A DNA stretch of 64,000 bases from Deltaproteobacteria bacterium (GTDB lineage Bacteria > Desulfobacterota > Syntrophobacteria > Syntrophobacterales > Syntrophobacteraceae), in contig JAJYDE010000008.1 of the NCBI GenBank assembly GCA_021777755.1, positions 14,984-78,983 of the forward strand. Reading direction: 5' to 3'. The notes under the pieces are model-generated. The model worked only from the letters and a program-made list of their open reading frames with translations, made no database searches and had not been told where the DNA came from. Positions 8,869-18,930 of the stretch are shown here, piece by piece. Positions within the stretch are counted from its first letter, which is position 1; every line of letters starts with the position of its first letter. The position numbers and the translations under genes were made by a program.

Positions 8869-11529
8869 GTGATTGGCTGGCTAAAACGTAGAGGTAAGAA
8901 GAATTCGGAGACATTGCGCAGAGATCCCTTCGGTTTTTCGATCAATATAAAACCGAGATTTCCCCTGCAGATGTGGTTCGAGAGGGTGGTGCGCCGCGTG
9001 AGCGTTCCCGAGGACCGCCAGGAGTCGCTGCGGCAACTGTGCGGCAAGGGAACCGTGATCTATGCCATCAAAGAGCCCTCCCAGATTGATTTCGTCTATC
9101 TCAGCATGAGGTTTCATCAACTGGGTCTGCCCTCGCCCGTCTTCATGTTCGATCAGCATCCTTATCTGTGGCAGCCGCGATGGTATGCCCTGAAGACACT
9201 CGTTTGTCATTTCGTTCACCTCCTGCGCCAGGGCTGTTTCCCCGAACCTTATGAGGCCGGCTACTACGGGGAAAAGATAAGGGAAGGCCACTCCGGACTT
9301 TTCCCCCTGGTGGGCAAACGGGGCTATTATCGCAGCACGGTCCTGGTGGGAAACGATCCGCTTGAGCATCTCGTGGAGATCCAAAAAAGCTGCGACAGGC
9401 CGATTTATATCGTTCCGGTCGTGCTTCTCTACAACCGGCGTCCCGAAGGAAAATCGCGACGGGGGCCTCTGGAGATATTTCGGGGGCAAAGGAAACATTT
9501 TGGCTATGTGCGCAAAATGCTCTCATTCATCAGGGGCAATCCCTATGCGGTTATCGAAACCGGCGAGCCTTTGAATGTGCAGGAAATTCTGCCTGAACTC
9601 TCAGAGGAGCTGTGGCCGCGGCGCAAACAGATCTTCGAGCTGAGGCGCTCGCTCATCGATTCAATGGATGAAATCAAAAGAGCGATCGTGGGGCCGATTA
9701 TCAAAAGCAAGCTGGAGATGAAGGAGATAATCCTGCATCATCCCAAGCTCGAGGCCATGATGGCTCGGCGCGCCAGGGCCGGATCGCAGGAAATCTGGAA
9801 AGTGCGTATGGAGGCCGACGGTTTCCTTGAAGAAATCGCGGCCAACTACTCCGTGAGTTTTATTCAGCTTGCTTCCAAGATATTCAACTGGATCTGGAAC
9901 GGTCTCTTCGACGGCGTCGAACTCGACTACGACAGCCTGCAGAAGGTGAAAAAGGCGGCCCGCAACAATACGCTGGTCTATATTCCCAGCCATAAGAGCC
10001 ACATGGATTACCTGCTGCTCTCGCACCTGCTCTATACCAACAATCTGTACGCGCCCTTCATCGCGGCCGGAAAGAACCTGGCATTCTGGCCGCTCGGTTC
10101 GATTTTTCGAAGGGGCGGGGCCTTTTTTATCCGCCGAACCTTCACCGCCAAATTCTACACCGAGGTCTTTTCTCTCTATGTCAAAACCATGGTGCAACTG
10201 GGCCATAACATCGAGTATTTCATAGAGGGGGGGCGCAGCAGGACCGGCAAGCTCGTATTGCCCAAGCTGGGGCTGTTGACCATTCTCATTCAGGCGGTGG
10301 AAGAGGGCTATTGTGATGACCTGGTTTTTGTGCCCACCGCCATTTGCTATGACCGCATCCCGGATGCCGATTCTTATCTGAAGGAGATCACGGGTAATCC
10401 CAAGCAAGAGGAAAACCTCGGTCAGTTGGTAAAAGTTCGCGGGGTCATGCGGAAGCGGTATGGACGTGCGTACGTCAAGTTTGCCGAACCGATTTCGCTT
10501 AGGCGATACCTGGAGCATCACAACTACCGCCTGGGCGGCATGCGGCCCAAGGACCGGCATGCGATGTACCGCAATTTTGCCTACCGGATGATAAATCACA
10601 TCAATCAGGAATCGGTGGTCACCCCGTTCGCCCTGGCCTCCGCCGCCCTGCTGTCACTACCCCACCACGGGGTTTCAAAAGCCGAGTTTCTTGAAATATC
10701 GCGGACTTTCCACGATTTCATCGTCGCTCGGGGCGCATGCCTTTCCCGGTCCATGAAAAATCTGGGCGCAAGCCTTCAGGACTCGTTGCGCAGCATGGAG
10801 CGCAACAAGCTCATCGGCAAGCTCAAGGACGATGACGACGACCTGGAAGAAGAGGTCTTCACTATCGAAGACAGCAAAAGACTGGCCCTCGAGTATTACA
10901 AAAACAATGTAATCCATTTTCTGCTTCCCGCGGCTTACGTGGCGACCTCGATCCTTTCTCAGCAGACTTTCCGGTTCAGTGTGAGCCAGACGCTCGAAGA
11001 TGTGGTTTTCATGAAAAACTTCTTCAAATTCGAGTTCGTCTACGATAACGAACTCAGTGACGAGAAGCTGGTGGCCGATGTGCTCGATATCTTCGAAAAG
11101 CTCGAGTTTTTGCATCGGGCCGGGGAGGGCGATCAGCCATTTATTTTGGCGCACAGCGGTCTAAGGGCTGCCCATGCCTTTCACGGTCTGCTAAGAAACT
11201 ACTTCGAAGGCTACTGGCTCGTTTTGCGCGGCGTGCGCTATCTGCAAAAAAACAGCTTTACGGAAAAGGACTTCATAAAGAAGATCCTCAGCTTGGGTCA
11301 AAAGGCTCTGAAGTTGGGGCTGGTCGAAAGACCCGAATGCATTTCGAAAATTACCTTCGACAACGCTCTTAGACTTTATGTGGAAAAGAACATAATCACC
11401 AAAGCCGCGGGCGCGGAAAAAGATAAGGAAGAACAGTTTCGCTCCGGGCCGGAAAGCCGCGCTTCTTTGCAGCTCTACAGCAAGCAGATAAGCCGGTTTT
11501 TGCGTTCGCCCCATTTTGCCCTCCAATGA
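8869..11529 (+). CDS. plsB: glycerol-3-phosphate acyltransferase
   Basis: 886 aa. Has the acyltransferase HxxxxD motif (HKSHMDYLLLS), FFIRR and the FIEGGRSRTGK blocks, with PlsB-like length. GTG start. Confidence 0.85.
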   Translation: MIGWLKRRGKKNSETLRRDPFGFSINIKPRFPLQMWFERVVRRVSVPEDRQESLRQLCGKGTVIYAIKEPSQIDFVYLSMRFHQLGLPSPVFMFDQHPYLWQPRWYALKTLVCHFVHLLRQGCFPEPYEAGYYGEKIREGHSGLFPLVGKRGYYRSTVLVGNDPLEHLVEIQKSCDRPIYIVPVVLLYNRRPEGKSRRGPLEIFRGQRKHFGYVRKMLSFIRGNPYAVIETGEPLNVQEILPELSEELWPRRKQIFELRRSLIDSMDEIKRAIVGPIIKSKLEMKEIILHHPKLEAMMARRARAGSQEIWKVRMEADGFLEEIAANYSVSFIQLASKIFNWIWNGLFDGVELDYDSLQKVKKAARNNTLVYIPSHKSHMDYLLLSHLLYTNNLYAPFIAAGKNLAFWPLGSIFRRGGAFFIRRTFTAKFYTEVFSLYVKTMVQLGHNIEYFIEGGRSRTGKLVLPKLGLLTILIQAVEEGYCDDLVFVPTAICYDRIPDADSYLKEITGNPKQEENLGQLVKVRGVMRKRYGRAYVKFAEPISLRRYLEHHNYRLGGMRPKDRHAMYRNFAYRMINHINQESVVTPFALASAALLSLPHHGVSKAEFLEISRTFHDFIVARGACLSRSMKNLGASLQDSLRSMERNKLIGKLKDDDDDLEEEVFTIEDSKRLALEYYKNNVIHFLLPAAYVATSILSQQTFRFSVSQTLEDVVFMKNFFKFEFVYDNELSDEKLVADVLDIFEKLEFLHRAGEGDQPFILAHSGLRAAHAFHGLLRNYFEGYWLVLRGVRYLQKNSFTEKDFIKKILSLGQKALKLGLVERPECISKITFDNALRLYVEKNIITKAAGAEKDKEEQFRSGPESRASLQLYSKQISRFLRSPHFALQ

Positions 11530-11601
11530 GGGTGCGGCGGTTGGTCGCAACCGGTGAGGGCATCGCTTGACGCCCGCGGGAGAAAAAGAGGAGGAATTGG
11601 G

Positions 11602-12678
11602 ATGGAAATTTCCGTTCATCTGCTCGATGCGTCCAAGAAGCATGCAAAACCTTCGGACGAAAAGAACCTGGTTTTCGGCCGGGTTTTCACCGATCACATG
11701 TTTCTGGTCGATTTCAAGGGGCAAAACGGCTGGCAGGATGCCCGGATTGTCCCCTACGGACCTCTGGAGCTTGATCCGGCCGCCATGGTGCTCCACTACG
11801 GGCAGGGAATATTCGAAGGTTTGAAGGCCTACAGGCGGGCAAACGGTGAAATATGGCTCTTTCGGCCCCGGCAGAACTGCGAGCGGTTGAACCGTTCGGC
11901 CAAAAGGATGTGCATGCCCGAAATCGATGTGAGCCTGCAGTTGCGGGCCATCGAGAAGCTCATTGCGATCGATAAGGACTGGGTGCCTCACAGTCTCGGC
12001 TCATCGCTCTACATCAGGCCCACCATGATTGCAACCGAGCCTCACATAGGCGTGCGCCCTTCCGCCGAGTATATGTATTATGTAATCACCGGGCCTGTTG
12101 CGGCTTATTACGCCGAAGGGTTCAATCCCGTAAAGATCTATGTCGATGAGCAATACGTTCGCACAGTGCGCGGGGGACCGGGGGATGCCAAGACCATGGC
12201 CAATTATGCCTCCAGCCTTTTCGCCGCTGAATTGGCAAAAGAGAAGGGCTATACCCAGGTGCTCTGGCTCGATGGGGTTGAAAGACGCTACGTCGACGAA
12301 GTCGGGACCAGCAACATTTTTTTCCGAATTGGTGATGAACTCGTAACGCCGCCGCTTCAGGGCTCGATTCTGCCCGGGATCACCCGTGATTCGGTGATCC
12401 AACTGGCAAGACATCGGGGGATCAAGGTTAGCGAACGGCGCATTACAATCGAGGAGGTGATTGAAAAGGCCGGAAGCGGCGAACTCAAAGAGATGTTCGC
12501 CTCCGGGACCGCGGCCGTTATTTCCCCGGTGGGCGAGATTTGCTACCGGGACAAGATCAGCCGGATTGGAGATGGTGGGGTAGGAGAGTGGGCGCTGAAG
12601 CTTTACGACGAGATCCTCGGGATTCAGTACGGGGAAAGGGAAGATATCTTCGGATGGACACGGCGGCTGGATGTTTGA
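11602..12678 (+). CDS. ilvE: branched-chain amino acid aminotransferase (class IV)
   Basis: ATG 11602 is preceded by GAGGAGG. Carries FTDHMF, YGQGIFEGLKAYR and a C-terminal GTAAVISPV typical of type-II IlvE. Confidence 0.9.
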   Translation: MEISVHLLDASKKHAKPSDEKNLVFGRVFTDHMFLVDFKGQNGWQDARIVPYGPLELDPAAMVLHYGQGIFEGLKAYRRANGEIWLFRPRQNCERLNRSAKRMCMPEIDVSLQLRAIEKLIAIDKDWVPHSLGSSLYIRPTMIATEPHIGVRPSAEYMYYVITGPVAAYYAEGFNPVKIYVDEQYVRTVRGGPGDAKTMANYASSLFAAELAKEKGYTQVLWLDGVERRYVDEVGTSNIFFRIGDELVTPPLQGSILPGITRDSVIQLARHRGIKVSERRITIEEVIEKAGSGELKEMFASGTAAVISPVGEICYRDKISRIGDGGVGEWALKLYDEILGIQYGEREDIFGWTRRLDV

Positions 12679-12696
12679 GGGCCGGGAGGATTTAAG

Positions 12697-13275
12697 GTGC
12701 TCTTGCTTGCGATATATGGCTCGCCGAGGAAAAACGGCAACACGGATCTGATGACCGACAGCTTTATAGACGGGGCCCTCTCGGCCGCCAGCGTCGATCT
12801 TGAGAGAATTTATATCCGGGACCTGGGGATTTCAGGCTGTCTGGGTTGCGGTTATTGCGATAAACATGGAGTTTGCGTCCAAAAAGATGACATGACAAAA
12901 ATCTACCCCCTTTTGGAGAAGGCTGACCGAATCGTGCTTGCATCACCGATCTACTTCTACGGCATCACCGGTCAGGCCAAGCTTTTGGTGGACCGCAGCC
13001 AGGCACTTTTTATGCGCAAGAAGATGAAAAGCTCCGAAGCCTTCCCGGCGGCTGGCCCGGCTTCTCGCAAAGGGTTCTTCCTGTGCGCCGGTGCCACCCG
13101 GGGCAAGCGGCTCTTCGATTGCCCGGTCTTGACGGCGAAGTATTTTTTCGATGCAATCGGGGTCGCCTATGACGGGGAACTCTGCTTCAGGGAGTTGGAC
13201 GGAAAAGGAGCCGTGCGCGCCCACCCCGAAGCGCTCCTGGAATGCGGGAAGCGGGGAGAGGCTTTTATTGCATGA
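12697..13275 (+). CDS. iron-sulfur flavoprotein / NADPH-dependent FMN reductase family
   Basis: 192 aa. Has a flavodoxin-like SPRKNGNT loop and the compact Cys cluster GCLGCGYCDKHGVC typical of Isf proteins. GTG start after GGGAGGA. Confidence 0.75.
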   Translation: MLLLAIYGSPRKNGNTDLMTDSFIDGALSAASVDLERIYIRDLGISGCLGCGYCDKHGVCVQKDDMTKIYPLLEKADRIVLASPIYFYGITGQAKLLVDRSQALFMRKKMKSSEAFPAAGPASRKGFFLCAGATRGKRLFDCPVLTAKYFFDAIGVAYDGELCFRELDGKGAVRAHPEALLECGKRGEAFIA

Positions 13276-13303
13276 AAACGGCTGAGAGAAGGGCAAAATA
13301 AAA

Positions 13304-13333
13304 GGGGCCGGCAAGAGCCGGCCCTCATTTTTT
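13304..13333. terminator. bidirectional intrinsic terminator between the isf-like gene and cspA
   Basis: GGGGCCGGC-AAGA-GCCGGCCC hairpin flanked by an A-run upstream and TCATTTTTT downstream. It lies between convergent genes. Confidence 0.6.
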
Positions 13334-13356
13334 CAAACCGATTTGGAGCCCGTCTC

Positions 13357-13557
13357 TTAGGCCTTCCTGACGTTTACCGCCTGCGGACCCTTTTGCCCCT
13401 TTTCAATCTCGAACATCACTTCCTGGCCTTCGCTCAGGGTCTTGAACCCGTTTCCTTCAATTGCGCTAAAATGAACAAAAATATCCGGCCCATCAGTTAC
13501 TTCGATAAAGCCATAGCCCTTTTGTTCGTTGAACCACTTAACTCGACCTTCCGCCAT
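13357..13557 (-). CDS. cspA: cold-shock protein (CspA family)
   Basis: 66 aa. [19 protein letters not shown] carries the RNP1 motif and VHFSAI the RNP2 motif. About 220 nt of untranslated leader lies upstream. Confidence 0.95.
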   Translation of the reverse strand: MAEGRVKWFNEQKGYGFIEVTDGPDIFVHFSAIEGNGFKTLSEGQEVMFEIEKGQKGPQAVNVRKA

Positions 13558-13776
13558 CCCAAATTCCTTTCACTAGAAAAAAATAGTCCCAGCCAGGCGC
13601 GCTATTGGAGTTCTTGCGGCAAACGTCCCTTACGGCGAAAGACCGACTCAGGTAGACCCCAAATACCGACCTAAACGAATAACCTCGCCATTTTAGGGGG
13701 AGTCGATGAAAAAATCAACATTAATCCTGCGCATTCTCGTCGAGGGGTGGATAAAAAACCGTGAAGCCCGGGGAGG

Positions 13777-14562
13777 CTACGGAGTATTATGGCCCTCCAC
13801 CATATTTTTTCTGTGTTGCATATAGCCGTTGCGCATGGCCACGTACGGGTCCAGGGAGGCTTTCTTCAAGGCCTCGTAATCTCCCAGGTGGGCCGCGGTT
13901 TTGTCCGTATATTTGAGGGCGTCCGCGGGCAGGGTGTACCAGAAAGGACCGGGGACCCAGAAAAGGGGGTTCATGACCTGGTCGACCCCGTAGCCAAAAA
14001 TGTCTCTTCCGTCCGAGGGGCCAAGCCCCGGGATCACCAGGTAGGCGCCCGGCCACATGCCCCATTTGCCCAGCGTTTGTCCAAAATCGGCGTCATGATC
14101 ATCGACCCCCATGGCATTGTGAGCTACATCGAACAGGCCGCCAACGCCCACGGTGGAATTGATGATGAAGCGCGACATTTCGTCTCCGGCCCTGTGGGGT
14201 CTGCCCTGCAGGACGAAATTGACGAATCGCGCGGGGTCTTCGAGGTTTTGGAACCCGTTTCCGACCGCCTTGCGAACAGGCGAGGGCAAATGGAGATAGG
14301 CCTTGGCAATTGGCTTCATGACCCAAAAATAGAGCCGATCGTTGAACTTGAAGACTTTTCGGTTGAGACTCTCATAGGGGTCCGGGGTCTCATGGGCATT
14401 CGGGTTTTGCGGGGAAGCGGAGCATTGCTGCTCATTGGCGAAAACCGGTCCGCAGGTGAGGAGCGGAATTGCGGTAAGAGTGGAAATCAGCAGGAAAAGG
14501 AGCCCAACTTGTAAACAGGTGATCTTTCGCATAAGGAAGTTCCTTCTTCGGTCAGTGTACAT
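13777..14562 (-). CDS. mlaA: MlaA/VacJ-family outer-membrane lipoprotein
   Basis: Signal peptide with lipobox LLTCG, and NRKVFKFNDRLYFWVMKPIAKAY typical of VacJ. An alternative start at ATG 14532 (MRKIT...) is possible. Confidence 0.85.
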   Translation of the reverse strand: MYTDRRRNFLMRKITCLQVGLLFLLISTLTAIPLLTCGPVFANEQQCSASPQNPNAHETPDPYESLNRKVFKFNDRLYFWVMKPIAKAYLHLPSPVRKAVGNGFQNLEDPARFVNFVLQGRPHRAGDEMSRFIINSTVGVGGLFDVAHNAMGVDDHDADFGQTLGKWGMWPGAYLVIPGLGPSDGRDIFGYGVDQVMNPLFWVPGPFWYTLPADALKYTDKTAAHLGDYEALKKASLDPYVAMRNGYMQHRKNMVEGHNTP

Positions 14563-14797
14563 CCAATTGCAAGTATATTAATATTACAAGCTCGGAGTGC
14601 AAGCAAATAATAGGCTTGAAAGCCCGATTTTGTCTTTTCGCAGGCCACTGGTTTTGTTCCACCCGATTGCACGGTTTGCGAAGTGTAGATATATTAAGGA
14701 AGTTTCGCCCCACGCTCTGCGACATGCGGGCGCCAGGGAAAGAGGGGAGTTGTGTCGGTGGAGTTTTTTTCGACAACCAGCGGAAGAATGAAAGAAA

Positions 14798-16753
14798 ATG
14801 GCCGGTAACGAGCGGAAAGACCCTTTGAGCAGATTTTTCAGTCGTTTAAAAGGAGCCTCGGGCAACGGCCAACGAGGCCCGGACCAGCGAAAGGTACATT
14901 TTTCCATCTGGTATTTCATCCTGGCCGTGCTTGCGATTTTCTGGCTGCAAAACATTCTGACGGCCCAACAGACCAACCGGGTAAGCTATTCGCAGCTGAA
15001 ACAGATGATAAAGGCGGGCAAGGTGGCCTCGGTCATCATCGGTCCCGATATGGTGACAGCCACGCTCAAGGAGAAGACCGGCGACAAAAAGGCGGACAAG
15101 ACGGTTAGTGCTGTGCGGGTCGAGGACCCCGACCTTGTAAGGGACCTCGAGGCGCAGAAAATCAAGTTCAGCGGTGCCACCGACGACAAGTGGCTTAGCG
15201 CCTTGCTTACCTGGGTGGCCCCTCTGGCGATATTTTTCTTTTTTTGGAGTTTTCTCATGCGGCGTATGGGCAGTGGCCCTCAGGGAGTGCTTTCTGTAGG
15301 CAAGGCCAAGGTGAAGATCTATGCCGAAAAGGAGATCGGTGTGACCTTCGGCGATGTGGCGGGCATCGACGAGGCCAAGGCCGAGTTGGAGGAGATTGTC
15401 GATTTTCTCAAGGCGCCGGGGAAATTTGAAAAACTTGGTGGCAAGATCCCCAAGGGAGTTCTGCTGTTGGGGGCGCCGGGAACAGGCAAGACCCTGCTTG
15501 CGCGTGCCGTGGCGGGGGAGGCTGGCGCGCCCTTTTTCAGCATGAGCGGCTCCGAGTTCGTGGAGATGTTTGTGGGGATCGGCGCGGCGCGGGTGCGAGA
15601 CCTTTTTGCCCAAGCCAAGGAGCATGCGCCCTGCATCATTTTCGTCGATGAACTCGACGCATTGGGAAAGGCCCGAGGCCTCAATCCCATCGGCGGCCAT
15701 GACGAAAGGGAGCAGACTTTGAACCAACTCCTGGTGGAAATGGACGGTTTCGATCCGCGCTCGGGCGTCATAATCATGGCCGCAACCAACCGGCCCGAGA
15801 TTTTGGATCCGGCCCTGCTGCGCCCTGGCCGCTTCGATCGGCACGTGGCAATCGACAAGCCTGACATCAGGGGCAGAGAGGCCATTTTGCGCGTTCATGC
15901 CAAAGAGGTCAAAGTGGGGACAAATGTGGATTTGAAGAAAATCGCCGCCATGACCCCCGGATTTGTGGGGGCCGATCTGGCCAATCTCATCAATGAAGCG
16001 GCTCTGATCGCCGCAAGGCGCAACCGGGAAGAGGTGACCATGGCCGATTTTTTGGAGGCTGCCGACAGGATCATCGGCGGACTTGAAAAACGAAACCGGG
16101 CCATGAACCCCAAGGAGAAGGAGATCGTCGCCTATCATGAATCGGGCCATGCGCTGGTTGCCATGACCCTGCTCAATACGGACCCGGTCAGTAAAATATC
16201 CATCATCCCCAGGGGAATCGCCGCCCTTGGCTATACGCAGCAGCTTCCAACCGAAGACAGATATCTAATGACTCGCGAAGAGCTTCTTGCCCGGCTCAAG
16301 GTGCTTCTTGGCGGCAGGGTCGCCGAGGAGATCATCTTCGGGGATATTTCCACCGGGGCTCAAAACGATCTGCAGCGTGCAACCGATATCGCCCGGCGGA
16401 TGATCACCGAATACGGAATGAGCAAAAAGCTTGGACCTCTTACTTACGTGCGGGAGGGGCGCTCGGCGCACCTCGATCTCGGTTTCGGCCCCCGGGAAAG
16501 AGAATACAGCGAAAAAATCGCCCGTCAAATAGATGACGAGATGGTGGCCATGATCGAGGAGACCCACACGGGGGTGACAAAAATCCTGGGCGAGCGGCGA
16601 AACATGCTCGTGAAGCTGGCCGGGATTTTGCTCGAAAAAGAATCCCTGGACGGCGAAGAGTTGAAGAAATTCCAGGATGAGGTGAGGGCCGCGGGTTGCG
16701 TCGAACCCGCCGATGATCAAAGTGAATCTCGGCTTGACAGCTCCCCGTCCTGA
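14798..16753 (+). CDS. ftsH: ATP-dependent zinc metalloprotease FtsH
   Basis: 651 aa. Has two N-terminal TM spans, an AAA+ Walker A (GAPGTGKT), the SRH and the HESGHA zinc motif. Confidence 0.95.
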   Translation: MAGNERKDPLSRFFSRLKGASGNGQRGPDQRKVHFSIWYFILAVLAIFWLQNILTAQQTNRVSYSQLKQMIKAGKVASVIIGPDMVTATLKEKTGDKKADKTVSAVRVEDPDLVRDLEAQKIKFSGATDDKWLSALLTWVAPLAIFFFFWSFLMRRMGSGPQGVLSVGKAKVKIYAEKEIGVTFGDVAGIDEAKAELEEIVDFLKAPGKFEKLGGKIPKGVLLLGAPGTGKTLLARAVAGEAGAPFFSMSGSEFVEMFVGIGAARVRDLFAQAKEHAPCIIFVDELDALGKARGLNPIGGHDEREQTLNQLLVEMDGFDPRSGVIIMAATNRPEILDPALLRPGRFDRHVAIDKPDIRGREAILRVHAKEVKVGTNVDLKKIAAMTPGFVGADLANLINEAALIAARRNREEVTMADFLEAADRIIGGLEKRNRAMNPKEKEIVAYHESGHALVAMTLLNTDPVSKISIIPRGIAALGYTQQLPTEDRYLMTREELLARLKVLLGGRVAEEIIFGDISTGAQNDLQRATDIARRMITEYGMSKKLGPLTYVREGRSAHLDLGFGPREREYSEKIARQIDDEMVAMIEETHTGVTKILGERRNMLVKLAGILLEKESLDGEELKKFQDEVRAAGCVEPADDQSESRLDSSPS

Positions 16754-16827
16754 GGTATATAAAAAGCATTTTACACGGTACGAGGATAAAATTATTTTCA
16801 CAGGCTGTGAATTCAAGGAGATTGGGA

Positions 16828-17088
16828 TTGGCAAACCATAAGTCAGCGATCAAAAGGGCAAGGCAGAGCGAGGAGCGCCGCGTGAGAAACCGCTCCGCCA
16901 AAACCAGGATAAAAAACGTTATTCGGGGCCTCGATGAAGCTTTGGGTGCAAAGGCTTCCGAAAAAGCGGCCGAAGAGTTGAAAAAGGCCGTATCCGTGAT
17001 TGCCGTGGCGGCTTCAAAAGGGGTCATTCACAAAAATACGGCTTCACGCAAAATTTCGCGCCTTACCCGAAGGGTCAACGCTCTTTAG
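16828..17088 (+). CDS. rpsT: 30S ribosomal protein S20
   Basis: ANHKSAIKRARQSEERRVRNRS is a canonical S20 N-terminus. TTG 16828 lies 7 nt after AAGGAG. The longer ORF from 16807 is unlikely. Confidence 0.9.
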   Translation: MANHKSAIKRARQSEERRVRNRSAKTRIKNVIRGLDEALGAKASEKAAEELKKAVSVIAVAASKGVIHKNTASRKISRLTRRVNAL

Positions 17089-17136
17089 CCCCCCGCCAGG
17101 AAAGCGAAGCAGCAAAAAGTCAAGTTGCAAAGGGGA

Positions 17137-18135
17137 TTAATTCCTGTTTGCCGCCAAGTCGAGCACCAGGTCTTCGAGCAAAAGCTCAGGGGAGACCCCG
17201 GTGCTCTTTATCGCGATATCGGTCTGGCCGACGGCTTCCATGACCCTGTAAAGGGTTGCATCCGAGAAGCGGCCGGCCTGTTCGATCGCCTTTTTGACCA
17301 CGAAAGGGTGTTTCCCGATCCGTTTGGCCAGCTGGGATTCGGGTATGCCCTGCCGCAAACCGTCCTTCACCTGCCACACGATACGAAATTGTCCAGCAAG
17401 CGTCGATAAAATCTTCAGGGGAACTTCACCGGATGTGAGCAGGCTGCGCAGGGCGGTAAGGGCCTTGTCGGGTTGGCGGCCCTTGATGTGGTCGAGCAGG
17501 TCGAAGGCTGAAAAGGTTCTGTGCGCTCCCGCGGCCTCAAGAATGTCTTCGGCTTGCAGCCTCTGCCTTTCGCCCGCGAAGGTGCAGATCTTGTCGAGTT
17601 CCGAGGAGAGGGTCTGCAAGTCGGTTCCCGAGATCTCGACGAGCAGGGACGCGGCCCCCGGGGAAAGGATTTTCCCCAGTTGTTTTGCTCGTTCGACCAG
17701 CCAGTGAGGGGCTTCCCTCTCGCCGGGAGGCCGAAACACGACAACCTGTCCTTTGGTTTCGACCGCTTTTGCCAGTCCTTCGACGTTTTTCCTGCCGGGT
17801 GCGGTCATGACCAGGCAGGCGGAGGCCGGGATGCGCGCTACAAATGCTTCGACCTCGGACAGCGCCCCTTTACCCCATGCCTCTACCCCATCGACCATGA
17901 TCACCCTTCGTCCACCGAACATCGGAAGGACGGCAATCCGGGCTATAAAGTCCGCCGGTTCGATTTCCTTGGCCTGAAGCCGTTCGCCGTTGAAACGTCC
18001 CCCTCCTTTTGGCAGCACTACCGCGAGCAGTTTGTCCCAAGCTTCGCCCATCGTCAAGGAAGCGGGGCCAACGAAAAGATAGACCGGGTCGATCTTGCCC
18101 GCGCGCAGCGTTTTGGAAAAACCGTCAGAGTCCAT
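17137..18135 (-). CDS. holA: DNA polymerase III delta subunit
   Basis: 332 aa. YLFVGP...FGGRRVIMV matches the HolA pattern, and the gene sits in the conserved leuS-lptE-holA arrangement. Confidence 0.85.
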   Translation of the reverse strand: MDSDGFSKTLRAGKIDPVYLFVGPASLTMGEAWDKLLAVVLPKGGGRFNGERLQAKEIEPADFIARIAVLPMFGGRRVIMVDGVEAWGKGALSEVEAFVARIPASACLVMTAPGRKNVEGLAKAVETKGQVVVFRPPGEREAPHWLVERAKQLGKILSPGAASLLVEISGTDLQTLSSELDKICTFAGERQRLQAEDILEAAGAHRTFSAFDLLDHIKGRQPDKALTALRSLLTSGEVPLKILSTLAGQFRIVWQVKDGLRQGIPESQLAKRIGKHPFVVKKAIEQAGRFSDATLYRVMEAVGQTDIAIKSTGVSPELLLEDLVLDLAANRN

Positions 18136-18734
18136 CAGAAGCTGCTCAAAAACGTGTCATGAACGCGCCTTGCCATGTCTGAGGCGATATACTGGATGGC
18201 ATACTGCCTGTTTTCAAAGCCTGCCAGGGGCTGGGGCTGCAGCGGATTATCATTTACATCGTAGACCTTCCAGTAGGAGAAGTTGGGATCATGCCAGATC
18301 ACTTTGTGCGTCTTCTTATCCACACACTGGATGTCCAGGGAAATATAGAGTCTGTTTTCAACCGTAATCCGCTGTGAGACCACAGAGACCGGGCTATGGG
18401 AAACGGGGTAGCTGTATATGCTCTTGATGGTGCCTTTGAGGACGGCTTGCGCCTCGGCCTCGGGCACAACTTTCATTGTGCCTTTCCTCATGAACTGCTG
18501 CCTCAGGGCCGCAGCAAACACGGCCCCAGCATTGGGCTCGGAGGTGTTGTTTTTGAAAACGGGGATGGCGATACAGCTAAGTCCGGGCTCGGGTCCCGAC
18601 CCCTCGCCGGAAAACTGGTAGCCGCATGAGGCCAGAAAAAACACGCAGACTGATGCCAGAAAAAAGGGCAGGACGTGATTGGCCGCTTTATGCCAGGTCG
18701 GGTTCCTTCGAGTAACGGCGGCGCCGAAGGTCAT
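18135..18734 (-). CDS. lptE: LPS-assembly lipoprotein LptE-like
   Basis: Lipobox FFLASCGYQFSG (compare LptE CGFHLRG) and a position between leuS and holA. The start is uncertain: the ORF opens at 18845, and ATG 18734 gives a plausible signal peptide. Confidence 0.6.
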   Translation of the reverse strand: MTFGAAVTRRNPTWHKAANHVLPFFLASVCVFFLASCGYQFSGEGSGPEPGLSCIAIPVFKNNTSEPNAGAVFAAALRQQFMRKGTMKVVPEAEAQAVLKGTIKSIYSYPVSHSPVSVVSQRITVENRLYISLDIQCVDKKTHKVIWHDPNFSYWKVYDVNDNPLQPQPLAGFENRQYAIQYIASDMARRVHDTFLSSF

Positions 18735-18930
18735 TGCGGCGGTGTTTCGGGGCCGCGATCCATGGTTTTGCGATTTGTTCGCGCGGTCTGTCTCTTTTGC
18801 TCGCAACTCGGTATCGGCCCTCAATTGAAAATTTTGTCCAGCCATGGCGAACTCCGATGACCACTGGTTTGTGAATTGACGAAAATTCGGCCCCGGGCAT
18901 ATCCCGTCGGGCTCCTCCCGCTCTTGGCTC

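Noticed and set aside
14846-16150. 434-aa ORF antisense to ftsH. Similar long mirror ORFs lie opposite plsB (9661-10599), acs (28769-29659), ppiD (31050-32822), leuS (20548-21393) and others.
   Set aside because: The sense strands encode proteins with unmistakable family motifs. The antisense products are Arg/Gly/Pro-rich and low-complexity, as expected for stop-poor mirror frames in 57-58% G+C DNA.
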